From the NCBI GenBank assembly GCA_046563655.1, contig CM102284.1:3038001-3102000 (forward strand): a stretch of DNA of 64,000 nt, written 5' to 3'. This DNA is from Yuukianura sp. NJ FZ-2021 (lineage: Eukaryota). A model generated the notes under the pieces. That model saw nothing but the letters and a program-made list of their open reading frames with translations, did not search any database and was not told where the DNA came from. A program made the translations under genes and the position numbers. Shown here piece by piece: positions 25,185 through 37,153 of this stretch. Each line of letters begins with the position of its first letter. Position 1 is the first letter of the stretch.

Positions 25185-25540
25185 TCAAACGATTTCCCTG
25201 AAAAACAAACAAGTGTGACAGCAAAAGTGTTGTTCCGGATCGGTTTACATTGACAATTTGGTCGAAGTAAACTTTGGTCTCCCGCTTGTTCCCACCCGTT
25301 CAAATTTTCGCGCTGCCTCTACATATTGTACCCACCCAGTGATCAAAATTTAATGATTTAATCAAAAGTCAGCTAGGTTATTTTACCAAAAAGACCCATC
25401 CATCAAAATAGAATTGAATGGTTTAATTTTATTTTGACAACATAAAGTTACAGATTCCTTCGTGACTTTGTTTCTTGGAATTGTAAGAAAGGGAAGTAGG
25501 TAAATGAAAATGATTTTTGGTGTTTGTTCTATTCTTGTTA

Positions 25541-28005
25541 TTAGAATGACGACAATTTGTGCTGGACACGATTCAGCTCCTCGTATACTTTGGCTCCTGC
25601 CTTTACATCACGTGCTTCGGGTGACAAATCAGGGTGGAACTGAGGATCTTGCAAGTACAACTGCTTGGTTATGACCGGTAGTCCTGCCATTCGTTGCTCC
25701 AACGCTAAAAGCACTCCCAATGAGTAATCGCCTTCAACACTGAAAATTAGCAAAATCGCACCTTTTAGTAGTTGTTTTAGAAAACACTACCGCAATCATT
25801 ATATAAATATAACAAACATTTAAGATTCATTTACGTGTCCAAGTAGCAGAAGGTAGTAGGGGGAGACGGCACACTTTGGTTCACATTCTGCGCGATGTAC
25901 GCTCGGATCTGGCTTTTTAGGAGACGATAGGCTCTCATGCGATTCTCAGTTGGTGCTTTCAACGTTTCATAAAACGTAAACTGAGCGTCGGGTAAAGTGA
26001 CTTCCAACAAGGTCAGACGATTACTTAGTCCTTTACCAGTATTCGCAAGGTGTCCGTAATGACTTTCGATAAGAATCAGTAGACGATCAGGGACAAAAGC
26101 AGTAGGCCAAGGAAGTACTGGTTTTCTGTTCAAAGGAGGAGGTCGAGTACTGGTCATGCTGGAACAAGTGGAGCTGGTATTGCTGAGCAATTTGGAGTTG
26201 ACCCTTCGGCGTGAGAGGTTCAACTTAACATAGCCCAAACCCACCAGAAACGTTCCAGGAGGGACAGCTAAAGAGTGAACATAAGAGTCCAATTGGGAGC
26301 CTGACATGACGACAAGGATCAAACAAAATTTACTTTTTCTCAGCAAATTTCAAAAATCGACAATTTATCGGAGGATTGAAAAATTGTAAACAGCTTATAG
26401 TTTCGTATTTGTAACAATTCACGATTCTGGTCGTCAAGGCATTGGAAGATTCAATTTAAAACATCAATTGGGTCACATCACAATTACTTTTATTCCAAAA
26501 GAGAAAAAAAATGAGCATTAGATTGGATTTTTAAAAAAGGAAATTCTGAGTAATATAACTTATGGTCCACAAAATCGTAACCAATCGAAGGAAAAAGTAG
26601 TCAAACCGAACGCCTCATGTTGTCGTCTGGCAACATTCGTCCCGACTCTACTAAACCGTCTGGTCTTGCTAGTCGAAAGCATAAATTCTCACCGTCCAAT
26701 TCAAATACATATTCTCCAGGAACCAGCATGCTAGAGTCGTGGTCAATTAGAAAATTGCTCAAGCTCGGAAGTAGCAACGTATCACTCGTACTATGAGTTT
26801 GACGAATAGCTGACATTTGAGGTGGTTCTCTACGTCGGGTTTCTTCAGATAGAGATATTACTGCCTGATCCGCATGTCGATCTGCAAGGGCCGCGGAACT
26901 AACCTGGGAAATACTATCGTCATTCCGGCCCGGTAGCGCATTGTGAGTTCCTTGAGGTTTGCGTCTTAACTTTGCGGAACTCAACCTTTTATTTCTTTGA
27001 TGTCCGGATCCAGAGCCAGGGCCAGGAAGTTTAGATTCAATTCGTCCATCAGGCGGCGGCGAGGTGTTTACCGCGGGGGCTGTACTTGACTCTACCAACA
27101 TCAATTTTTTCCCAATTTTGCCGTAGGTAAATCCCATCCGTTTCAATATACGACGAAAACTTGTTCGGGATCCAACAAAATTTATACTCTGCCTTGTAGC
27201 CGCCAAGATGGACGGAATATACGTTGGTATTCTGTTTTGCAAACCGCAAAAAGTTACATTATTTGTCCCATTTCACATATACGAATTGATACAAGAAACG
27301 TGTGAGATTTGTTTACCGTTGTAAGTTCATTTGATGTATGATATTTCGAATAGCACTTTCGTCATCCTCGCTTACGGTATCCAGAATTCTCTTCTTGACT
27401 TTTCTCTTCAGTGCTGCTTGTTCCAGGATGCCACGCTTCCAATTGTTCCTCAGCTTTTTAATAACTGAAGCGGATACATTGAGCACTCGAGCGGCCTTTT
27501 CCTGCGGAGTCCTAATACGGCTCTCTAAATAAGTGTCATTTTGGTGATTTTGTAAAAAATGTAGTACATTGAGTATCAACTTCTGTGATTGCTCGTTGAA
27601 GATTTGTCCAGCATACTGGAAAGGTAGTGGTGCAGAATCATTCCTTCTTTGACGTTTCTTCAAAGTAGTATCAGAAAGTGTTCCTAGTGAACTTTCTGGA
27701 TCAATCATCACGGCATTAGTCTCAATTACATTTTCAATCACTTCGTCCACATGTTGGAAAATCAACATCATATCCTGCTCGCTACGAACAACGTCATGTT
27801 TCTGTTGCAGGCGTGAATTAGGGAAAGCTACGTTAGTGTCGTTGCAGCTGGAGCCGATCACAACTTCCTGAATTTCATGAAAATTAACGTTGGAGAGGAA
27901 TTCGTTACTGTCAATAACAACGGGGAAATATTGACGCGAGGAATCAGCAGTCAGCGACGGTTCTGCCTCTGTCCCTCTCTCTGCTGTGGTCACTTCCGTT
28001 TCCAT
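25541..28005 (-). CDS. Transposase-derived protein: IS630/Tc1-type DNA-binding region without DDE, fused to a degenerate C48/Ulp1-like domain, ~657 aa, 4 exons
   Basis: Exons 28005-27317, 27231-26612, 26300-25835 and 25739-25541 are in frame. The HTH-like region reads 'AARVLNVSASVI..IRNIIH..PT..FVGSRTSFRRILKRMGFTY'. The donor at 26611 (GTTCGG) is weak. Confidence 0.6.
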
Positions 28006-28127
28006 CAGTATCACTCCTTCTTCTACTTATTTAGAAAATCCTGGCGACTGTTCAAAAATGATTTATAAAAATTCGAGAAGCCAAACCAACTCCGAGTCAG
28101 CTGATCATTTTTTTAACAATAATAGTC

Positions 28128-28192
28128 GTGTCTGCCTATTCCCCTCACCGTTTTGCTTAACTCGATGAGCAATCAGGAGAATAGTCAGACAC
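28128..28192. repeat. Short inverted-repeat element (family copy 1), upstream of the transposase-derived gene
   Basis: GTGTCTGCCTATTCCCCT ... AGGAGAATAGTCAGACAC, 18-bp arms with 2 mismatches. Confidence 0.8.
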
Positions 28193-30375
28193 TCTATTGT
28201 TAGCAATCGAGACCGAGACGCCAACCGAACAAGGTTACAAATCAAAGAATCCTGGTGTAAACATCGTCGGAGGAATCCTATATCCGACCTTTAGCCAGCC
28301 CATTTTTGTTTCACTGTTGAAGATGAAATTTGAATTTAGGGGTCGCTACTATTCGGCACATATATCAGATAAACCAGATTTTCGTATTATGGGGGGAAAC
28401 CAATGTCCGAATTGTGTAATCGAGCCACTTATATTACAAACGCATCGCGGTTTGGGGAAAACGGTGTTGAGGTGGTTTCCGTTCGCAGTTACCGTAAATA
28501 TCCTATAAGAAGCGCGCGTATATAATTATTTTGCCGGTTTTCGGCTGCGATATAATTGGAAACATTTTTTTTTTTGCATTTCTGGCAATTTGTTTTCGGT
28601 TCGGCTACGTCAAAATCTAAACAGCTTGAGGGTGCACAGTTTCCATCTTTATGGGCTTTGGAGTTCCTAGTACCTAATGAATTCTAACCTGCATTTTATC
28701 ACGATTCAGCTCTTGAAACTGCTGTGGATTTTTTGTTCGAGGCGTTGAGGAGAAAGTTTGGAGCAATGCTGCGACTGGTGCAGATGAACTTTCACTTTTC
28801 TCTTCTGTATGCCCATTCTGTTTATAAGGAATAAAGACGTTATACAGATTTCGTCTGTTATTTCAATTTTGAACTAGGGGTCTATTGATCGGAAGTATTA
28901 CTACTATGCACCTAGGCTGCTGATGACAGGAGATAGCAGTAGGTTGCATGTTCGACTCACTTCTTTCCAAAAGTGAAAATTCCCTGAACCAACTTTCTCC
29001 ACCTTCCTCATTTCTTAAACATGAGGCGTCAGCTGGTGAAAGTACTTCTACTGCTCACTAAACGGTACCAAAACGATGCTACTCATCGACTGATTACGTT
29101 TCGGTTGCACCCAACACGCCTTGACCTGGTGCGCTTAATCAATAAGCTGGTATCCAAATAAAGGTAAGGAAATTGTCATTCTTTTTTAATTTCTGGCATT
29201 CCTTTTACAAATTATCACTTGCCTTAGAATATGATACTTTTACACCTGAAGGTGAGTTCGACGTATTGTTCACATAGTTATATTAGTATGTTACGCAATT
29301 TAATGAACACGGTTGACAGGTTACAGTCACATGGCAAAATAACGGACGTCAATGTAACTTGTTCAAGTCAATTTATCAAAAGTTCAAAAATCGGTCGTAG
29401 CTTAGGGATTTTTCAAGTTTATAGAATATCGTCGCTCGTGGGTGAAATTATTAGTTGCGTTCTATAACAATACACAAAGCTTGGGTTACTATTTCAAAAG
29501 TTATGTCGCTGGACATTTGCATCTTTCGTCCATCAGTTGCTCCTATATTGGTGAGTCAGTAACTCAATCGTTTGGAAAGCAACATGATTCAAGTGTTTAA
29601 TTAATATGCACTGTGGCTCCCGGCGCCTGCTTTCCTCACTTTTCCTACTTTGGTATGTGCCTTGCCCTTTTGCGACTCACAGAGTGAAAGTAAAAAATTG
29701 AGAGCCTTAAAAGTGAGTTGAATTCAAGTGGAAGAAAGCAATAAACATCTCTTTCCTTCCTTGTTCATTCAGTCGTGAAATTGTTCATTACGCCTCAATT
29801 TTCCTATTGACAACTCCATAAAGGAACAACAGGACGAATACACGGGTTCAAGCATTAAAAAAAGTATACTAGTATAGTATGTTACAAGAAGCTTTTAGAG
29901 CAAACTGTAAAAACACCGATGACAAGCGTGATTTTTGCCATAAAAGATGAGTCATACAGAAGAACTCTCGGAAGGACGCTGTTCCCAAGAAGCCCACGAG
30001 CAGAACGAAGGACATTGCAGTTGGCCCAGTCCCATTTGGCCAGCACTGCACTGCGTCACAGTAAAACATTCTTTTCAAAGGCACATGATTTTAAGTATAG
30101 CCAAAAATATGCAGTTGCCTTGACGTTTTGGAAGGAGTAAGCATTTTAAATAAACATAAAAACTAAATTACACGTTCCGTACTGTCTTCATTTCCTTTAT
30201 TTCAGCAGAAGCGAGGAAATAGCAAAGTAAAACTGTTTTTGAAGTGTATTGAGTAAAAACGTATCTAACTTTTGATTTTTGTTGAAATTTCAGTAGAGTG
30301 TCAAACTGGCAATTCCATCAGCCGTGGAGAAAATAGGGGAGATCGGCTCAACGCGCGACATTACAAGTTTGAAGA

Positions 30376-32725
30376 ATGCATGGGGTGGAGGTTAAGAATG
30401 TTGCACCAATTCCGGACGGAGGGTGGGGCTGGGTCGTCGTCTTTGCCTCATTTATGATCCATGTCATCGGTAACATTCAATTCCAAATGTTCTTTCAAGT
30501 TTTGAAACTAAACTGCAAAATTAAACGTGTTTTAAAAAAAATTGTAATTTTAAAAAATTTGATTGCTTCGGTTTTTGTAGCTGACGGAGTCGCCTACACC
30601 TTCGGACTTTTCATCGCAGAAATTGTGACGGAGTTCGGATCGAGGTAACAATATTTTGTTAAGTTAATTCTTCAAAAATCTTTCAAATCAATTACATTTG
30701 ATAGCATGAGCGTTACTTCTGCAATTCCATCGATCATGGCGGGAATGACGTACTTGTCAGGCCCAATAGCTGGAGCATTTGTAAACAAATGGGGATGCCG
30801 ACCAGTGTCCACTATGGGGTCCATATTGGCATCACTTGGGTTTGGCCTAAGCTATTTCGCACAACATGTTGTACACCTCTATGTCACTATTGGTCTTATG
30901 GGCGGTAAGCGTTTCAGAAACAAACGTTCAAGCGTGATGGTCGCTGATACTTACATTAACATTGCATTTCACTGCATTTTTAGGTTTGGGCCTGGGCCTT
31001 ATATATCTTCCGGCCATTGTTAGCGTCAGTTGCTATTTTGAACAAAGGCGGGCATTCGCGACTGGAATTGCGGTGTGCGGCTCTGGTATAGGAACGTTCA
31101 TACTCGCACCTCTGACGTCACTACTCGTAAGTACAGCCGACAGATATTCAAAAGCTAATTCTAAAAATTCCATTAGGAATTAATATTTTGTCAATTTTTC
31201 CGATTGAAAATTTTTCCGAAGCACCGATTCTTTTATCTTCTAGATTCTTAAATTCGGCTGGAGAATTTCACTTGTGATTACAGCTGGAATTCTTCTGCAG
31301 TGCGTTTTCTTCAGCCTTCTGTTCAAGCCCCTTCCAGAACTCCCTGAAGCGCCTTCACCCCTAGGATCTCCAGTCGTCTCCATCTTTCGCGCTAGTAAAT
31401 CCCCTGAATTCGGAGATAATACAGGAGAACACTTAATTCCACCATTTCTCGTTTCTCCCGAAGCAGGGTTCGATCCGCGGGAATCTGTGGAACCACTACT
31501 GTCTCCACAGGGTAGGAAACTCACAGGGTTAGAACGGACCAAACGAACAGATCTCCCCATTTCCGCAAGTCATCCCGTACTTCCAGTGACTGCTCCTGAA
31601 TCTTCTCATGTTGCCATTAGAAGACACTCCCTTAAAGGCCCCCTTCCATTCCACAGTTCAGCTCAACTCATTATAAACCGACGAGACATCTTTTACTCAG
31701 GAAGTTTAGTTAAACCTTAATCTGCAAACCACTTCAAGAGGTCAACAACTTCCAGCAACACAAAAGATCAAAAGCAATCGCAGGTTTCTGGACCACTGCT
31801 GCCCAGAAGAATTTTTGGCAGCACTTCAACGGATGATGGACTTTTCACTGCTCAAACTTCCCATCTTCCTTTTCTTCGCCATTTCCAACTTCTTGACGTC
31901 CATTGGCTACAATGTTCCCTTCATTTACATTGCCGTAAGTTTTGTACTCTTTCTTTTAAATCAAATTCAAAACTTAATTTATCTTAAATTCTAAAGTTTC
32001 GTTAAGTTAAAATCAAACGATTTCTTGCTAGAATTTGTCACTTATCGGTGGAAACGACAAAAAATCGTCTGGATTCCTGTTGTCCATAATAGGAATATCT
32101 AATACATTGAGTCGAGTTATTCTTGGGTACGTCAGTGACAAGCCTTATGTTAACCGTCTCTACCTCTACAATGCAGCATTGACAGTCGCTGGTATTGGTA
32201 CGTTCTGGCTTTAGTATAAGTACCACATTGCTATTGAAATTTTATGAAACTAACTTCCTATTTACTATGTTTTAGCCACTGGTCTCGTCTCCCACACGAC
32301 TAGTTTGACATGGTTGAGAATTTACGCTGCAACCTTTGGTGTGACTGTTGGCGTGTTCGTGTCCCTCACTTCGGTGATTCTAGTGGATTTGCTAGGACTA
32401 GAAAACTTGACCAGCGCATTCGGCCTCTTACTGTCCTTCCAAGGAATAGCAACACTCATCGGTCCGCCAATAGTCGGTACGTCTTCGTGCCAAAACCAAA
32501 AATTCAAACGAACAGCTAACTCCAACAGGATTTGATTCTAACATGATTTTAATGGTTGTTTCATTTTGCGTTGTCGCAGGTAAACTGTTCGATGAGCTAC
32601 ACGACTATCGCGGAGGATTTTGGATGGCTGGAGGACTAATGAGTTTAAGTGGCATCATGCTCTTTTTCATTCCTTGTATCCAGAAGAAGGAGGTTCCCAA
32701 AATCAAGAGTCAAACACCAACCTAA
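30376..32725 (+). CDS. SLC16 monocarboxylate transporter (MFS) with an apparent 1-nt frameshift near 31712
   Basis: Motifs include '[14 protein letters not shown]', '[20 protein letters not shown]', 'DIFYSGS', 'MMDFSLLK', '[16 protein letters not shown]' and 'GPPIVGKLFD'. Confidence 0.9.
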
Positions 32726-33085
32726 ACGACAATGACAATCAATAGCGGCCTCTGCTAGCGCTTATACAGAAGGTTTTAGTTCTGTAAATTTTAAGTCTTG
32801 TACATGGAAACCGTTCTAACTTGGTTAAACTAGGAGAAAGTAAAAGGAAGCTCTGCTAAGAAGAGTGTGTGATTGAGTATGTAATCCAATTTCTGTATGG
32901 TTCGTTGGTTCCAGCTTCAGCTTGCTCGTAAACAATTTACATGTTTACGATTGAATGCTAGGGAGAGTGCGGACCACTCGTGGGCTTCCTTCTTTTACAA
33001 GTAATTGAATTTGAAAGTCCAGTTCAGACGAGTACAGTAAGGAACCAGAATTGGATTATGGATTAGAATCAGAATACGTTCCACA

Positions 33086-36000
33086 TTATAGAGTATTTTC
33101 CAGCAAAACTGGCAACGTAACTCCAGCCTCTAAGTTTTCGAGTGGCAAGGATTCAAATCCCAGAAGTTGATATCTGAATTATACAAATTGAATGAAATAA
33201 TTGAAAAAAACATAACTTTTTCCAGAGAATAAGAGCATCACTCCTTCCTCACTAAAACCAAGGTTCGTTCACAACGAAAAGTTGGTTCTTTAACAGGTTG
33301 AGTACTACCTCCTTGTTGACAAAAAAAAATGAAAAAACAAAACAAAAAGTACTACAAATTCGTATGTATTTAAAAAATTCGGCTGAATTGTCATGAATAC
33401 CATCCCCGGAAAAGGAAATCGAAATAACATAAGGTATTACTCAACCTGCTAAACAAAATCAAAGTCTAAAAACCTTGACTAAAACGTTTTTAAAAAGAAG
33501 TAATAATCTTACCTCATGGCCAAGTCCCGTCTATATGTGAGTGCCCTGGACCCAGGTCCTAGTCCCAGCCTTTCAACAAGCTCTTGCCTCTGAAGTCGAC
33601 GACGTCGGAGACATGGCTTCTGTAATTCTTCTGCATTCGTCTGCACGTCAACTGGTACACCAGCCTCAGTCTCAATGTCTCTCAACCGCGTCAATACTTT
33701 GTTAAACAATTCATCGCTGACTAGAGATCGATGAAGTCCAGTACGTTTCAGCAATTCTACAACAGAAGATTCACGGCGTCGACGAGTGCTGGAGCTTGTA
33801 GGGACTTTGGCGACTTGCGGTTCATCTTTACCACGCAAAAGAATTGACCAATCAACTCCCAATGCATCTACGATTCCCTGCTTTTTCTGCAAAGCTCCGC
33901 TGTCGTCCAATTCATCATCGGAAATCTCTTCAAAGTCCATGTTATCCAGAATAGAATCTTCTAGTAATGAATCGCCACACGCCGCAACTTCGCCTGTCGG
34001 TTCAACTGCCGTTCTTCCAGCAACATCGTCCACCAAAGTAGATGTGACTTCAAGGTCTTCTTTTTCTGAAGGCGGCGGTGCCGGTGATGGAAGCGTAGCA
34101 GAATCCTCAAAGTCACTGATTTCGCTCAATATTTCTTCTACTGGAGGAAGGACAAGCGGAGTTGCTGGCAGTGGTGACGGAACACAACTGTCGTCTGCCT
34201 TTATTTTCTTCGGAGGATTTATAGTTTCTCCAACCCATTCCGCCACTCGATTCTTCACGGAAATTTCTTCAACTTTCGGTCCGGTTTGTTTGAGTGGAGA
34301 ACACACTGATGGAAGCTCACGACTAACAAAGTAAACAATAAAATTAAAACATTACGATGTCTTTCATTGGTCAGCAGTCGATTTGTAGCGAAGCACTGGC
34401 AGTAACTGAATTTCTAAAAACAATATTAAGCGCCGATGTGCCTTCAGTTACTTTTTTTTTTAAAAATAAACAATAAACCTAAGCGTCCGTTTAGACGTTA
34501 GTTACTCGGTTGGTTTCGGCGTAGAATACAACATACCGAAGGTCTGGAAGAAGCGGTGGCGGTTGTCTGTTTGCTATGAAAGCACGCTGACTTTCTCCTA
34601 GATGAGGGAACGGTTGTCGTCTCAGCTCACATTCGGGTAGCAAGGGTGGAATTCTGTCACTCCTGGTCGGAGTACGTGCTGGGGCTAAACGTTCCACTGG
34701 GCGCCTCTCGCTTCTACCACTGCGAACATCTTCAGTAAAAACAAACGCAAAAATAGGTTTCCCACATTCTAGTCATGTTTCCTCGACAGGTTTGCTAGAA
34801 CTCTTTTATTGCAGTAAGGAAAGAGCTTTTGTTCTAAAGTAAAGACGTTGTGTGTACCTGTTGTTGGAAAATTCCGGCTATCAGAACGAGAGCTTGCCAT
34901 TGGACTGGAGTACCTCGTGTGCATATCAGATGGTGCTGGTCTTCCGCCTCCATAATTAGATGGCACAATTCTAAGAATTCAATAAAAGAATTTTGTTTGT
35001 ATTCGATTAATTCTCCGGTAAGTCTAACCCTAGTAATCTCTGATTCTCCGTAGTTTTTGTTTTTATACCTTATTCGGTTGCGGCCTCTATCAGATTCAGT
35101 ACCGTCGCGGTTGCCGGAATTTTTGCCAACCACCGGGCCCCTGCCCCTGTTATAGTTGTCATCTACTGGTGTTCTCCGCAAAGGTGGAGTCTGACTTTTT
35201 GATTCAGGGGCTTCATATTTTGCTTGTTTCCAATTTTCTAATTGAGACAAGTTAGGGGCGGCTTTTCGTTTCAGCGACGATGATTCTGGACGTGGATTAC
35301 TCGCCCCTCCAACCTGTCCATGCCTTTCAATTGCAGTATTCCGTTCCCTGTCCGTTGTAGCATATCGTTTTTGTTTCTGCTCTAGTCTAAAATCATTTTC
35401 AAATTGAACATTTTCCCCGGCATGCTTCTTTCGGTGACGGATTTGCACACTGGGAACAGAACTACTGGAAGTCGTTGTAGCTGCAGTTGAAGAACTAGAA
35501 GATTCTGTCGTTGAGGAAGACTGGCTTGTGGATGTCGAATCATCCTCGGATGAAGTGTCATCGTCCGAGGTTTTAGGACTTTCTTTACCGCGGCGTCTGG
35601 AGGTCAATTTCTTTTCCCTGTATTTATGGCCGCGATGTTTCTCGTGTTTTTTCTCTGTTCTTTTTCGATTTGCTGAACTCTGGAAAACGATATGACTCAT
35701 ATTTCTGCAATACTTATGTACTACTTTAAAGGATGGTAATTATAGGAAGTGGTGCAGCTTTTTAGACCGAGTCTGCCTGCATGTGTCGGGTTTACACCGC
35801 GGGAACGTTTAATTAATTTTGTTTAGCTTAATTAATCATTTGGGAAAAACCTGAATTATGGTCTCAATTGCTGGCGTTCGGCAACAATTAGCTGAAAACG
35901 GAAATAAGTCCCGCCTAAACTGTACTAAATTGGGCGTAAAATGCTTACTTCATTAGTTGACCTTGACCTGTCCGGAAATAAGCCTTTACTTTTGCTGGTA

Positions 36001-36301
36001 CTTCTGGATCGATCACGGGTTACACTAAAAATTCAAACAGAAATGTTTGTTAAAAGATTAACTAACGGTCAGTGGTGAGTCAAAAAGCATCGGCTTCGGC
36101 TTGCGTAAGTAAACACAGAATTCTTAGGAGGTTTTGCATGTAGAAGACGTACCCTTTCGTTCCCAAACGATCGAATACACTAGGCCGCTTCTCAGCTGGC
36201 TCCTCAATGGACCTGCGACCTAGTTCACTTTTATGGTAGTAGTGACCAGCGGTACCAACTTTTTTGTATTCGTCACGCTTATTATGATGACCTTTCGACA
36301 T
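33086..36301 (-). CDS. ZC3H13: ZC3H13 / Flacc-like subunit of the m6A writer-associated complex
   Basis: N-terminal 'KRPSVFDRLG'. C-terminal 'FEEISDDEL', 'DALGVDWS' and 'RALTYRRDLAMR|YQLL'. The last exon is 33173-33086. Confidence 0.8.
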
Positions 36302-36407
36302 CGTGCAAAATACTACACAATAAAGGTCGAAAACCCAAATCCAACAAACTAAACTCAATAACTTTTCGTGTGTCACTAATCCTGATAATTTGTTAAAATT
36401 TCGAATG

Positions 36408-36485
36408 GGTCTGACTATTCCCCTGACCCTTTCATTTCCCATGGCGTTGAACGAGAAAAGAATTGATTAGGGGAATAGTCAGACC
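36408..36485. repeat. Short inverted-repeat element (family copy 2), upstream of ZC3H13
   Basis: Perfect 17-bp arms GGTCTGACTATTCCCCT / AGGGGAATAGTCAGACC. Confidence 0.85.
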
Positions 36486-37153
36486 TAATATTAAAGTTGG
36501 CAAATGAGTGTACGGTCGTACGTTTATCTGCTAACTTCAGGATTTCCCCTCTCCTTTTTAATATTTGTAACATTTGCAGATGACCGGAATAGTACTAAAT
36601 AATGTTTTAGTTTGACAATAAGCGGTTGCGGTTAATTCCACTATGTTCAAAACACTGCTCGTCCTCGGTGGAACAACCCGAAGTGAGAAACTCAATGGAA
36701 GCAGCAATTGTTGTCTGGTAGTTAGTCATAAAGTTGCGATAGTATGTCCGTGAATTTGAACCGTGCCGTGGTATAATCGCGGTATGGAAAACTGACTAAT
36801 CTTCGGAATAGAAATACTTACCATAACTAACAAAGGTTTCCGAGGAATAGTCGAAGCAGTAATCTCTAATCGGATTCTTTCAAACGCAACTCAAGAAATC
36901 AGAAGAATCCTATCTTTAGGCAGACTGGCTTCACCGCAGAAGCAGAGCACGTGTGTTGCCCTTGCCGGTCGTTCTTTCAGAATTTAGATTTTAGTTTTTA
37001 CCTAGTTTTGTTCTCATCATCATGGTTTCATAAGTTGTTTTGGATACGGAATTCGTGTTAACACTCATTCCATCAATAGAACCTTGAGAAGAAGAGTGAA
37101 CAGTATAAAGGAATTTAATACTTTTGTCTTGCACAATAACGAAGGAAACTGTG

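Noticed and set aside
29021-29161. 46-aa ORF as the first MCT coding exon
   Set aside because: It ends in a stop before the donor, and an in-frame TGA precedes the MCT ATG at 30376. At most it is a uORF.
33786-34334. 182-aa plus-strand ORF (and similar ones at 45535-45990, 42953-43243, 14465-14776)
   Set aside because: These are antisense shadows of real low-complexity exons.
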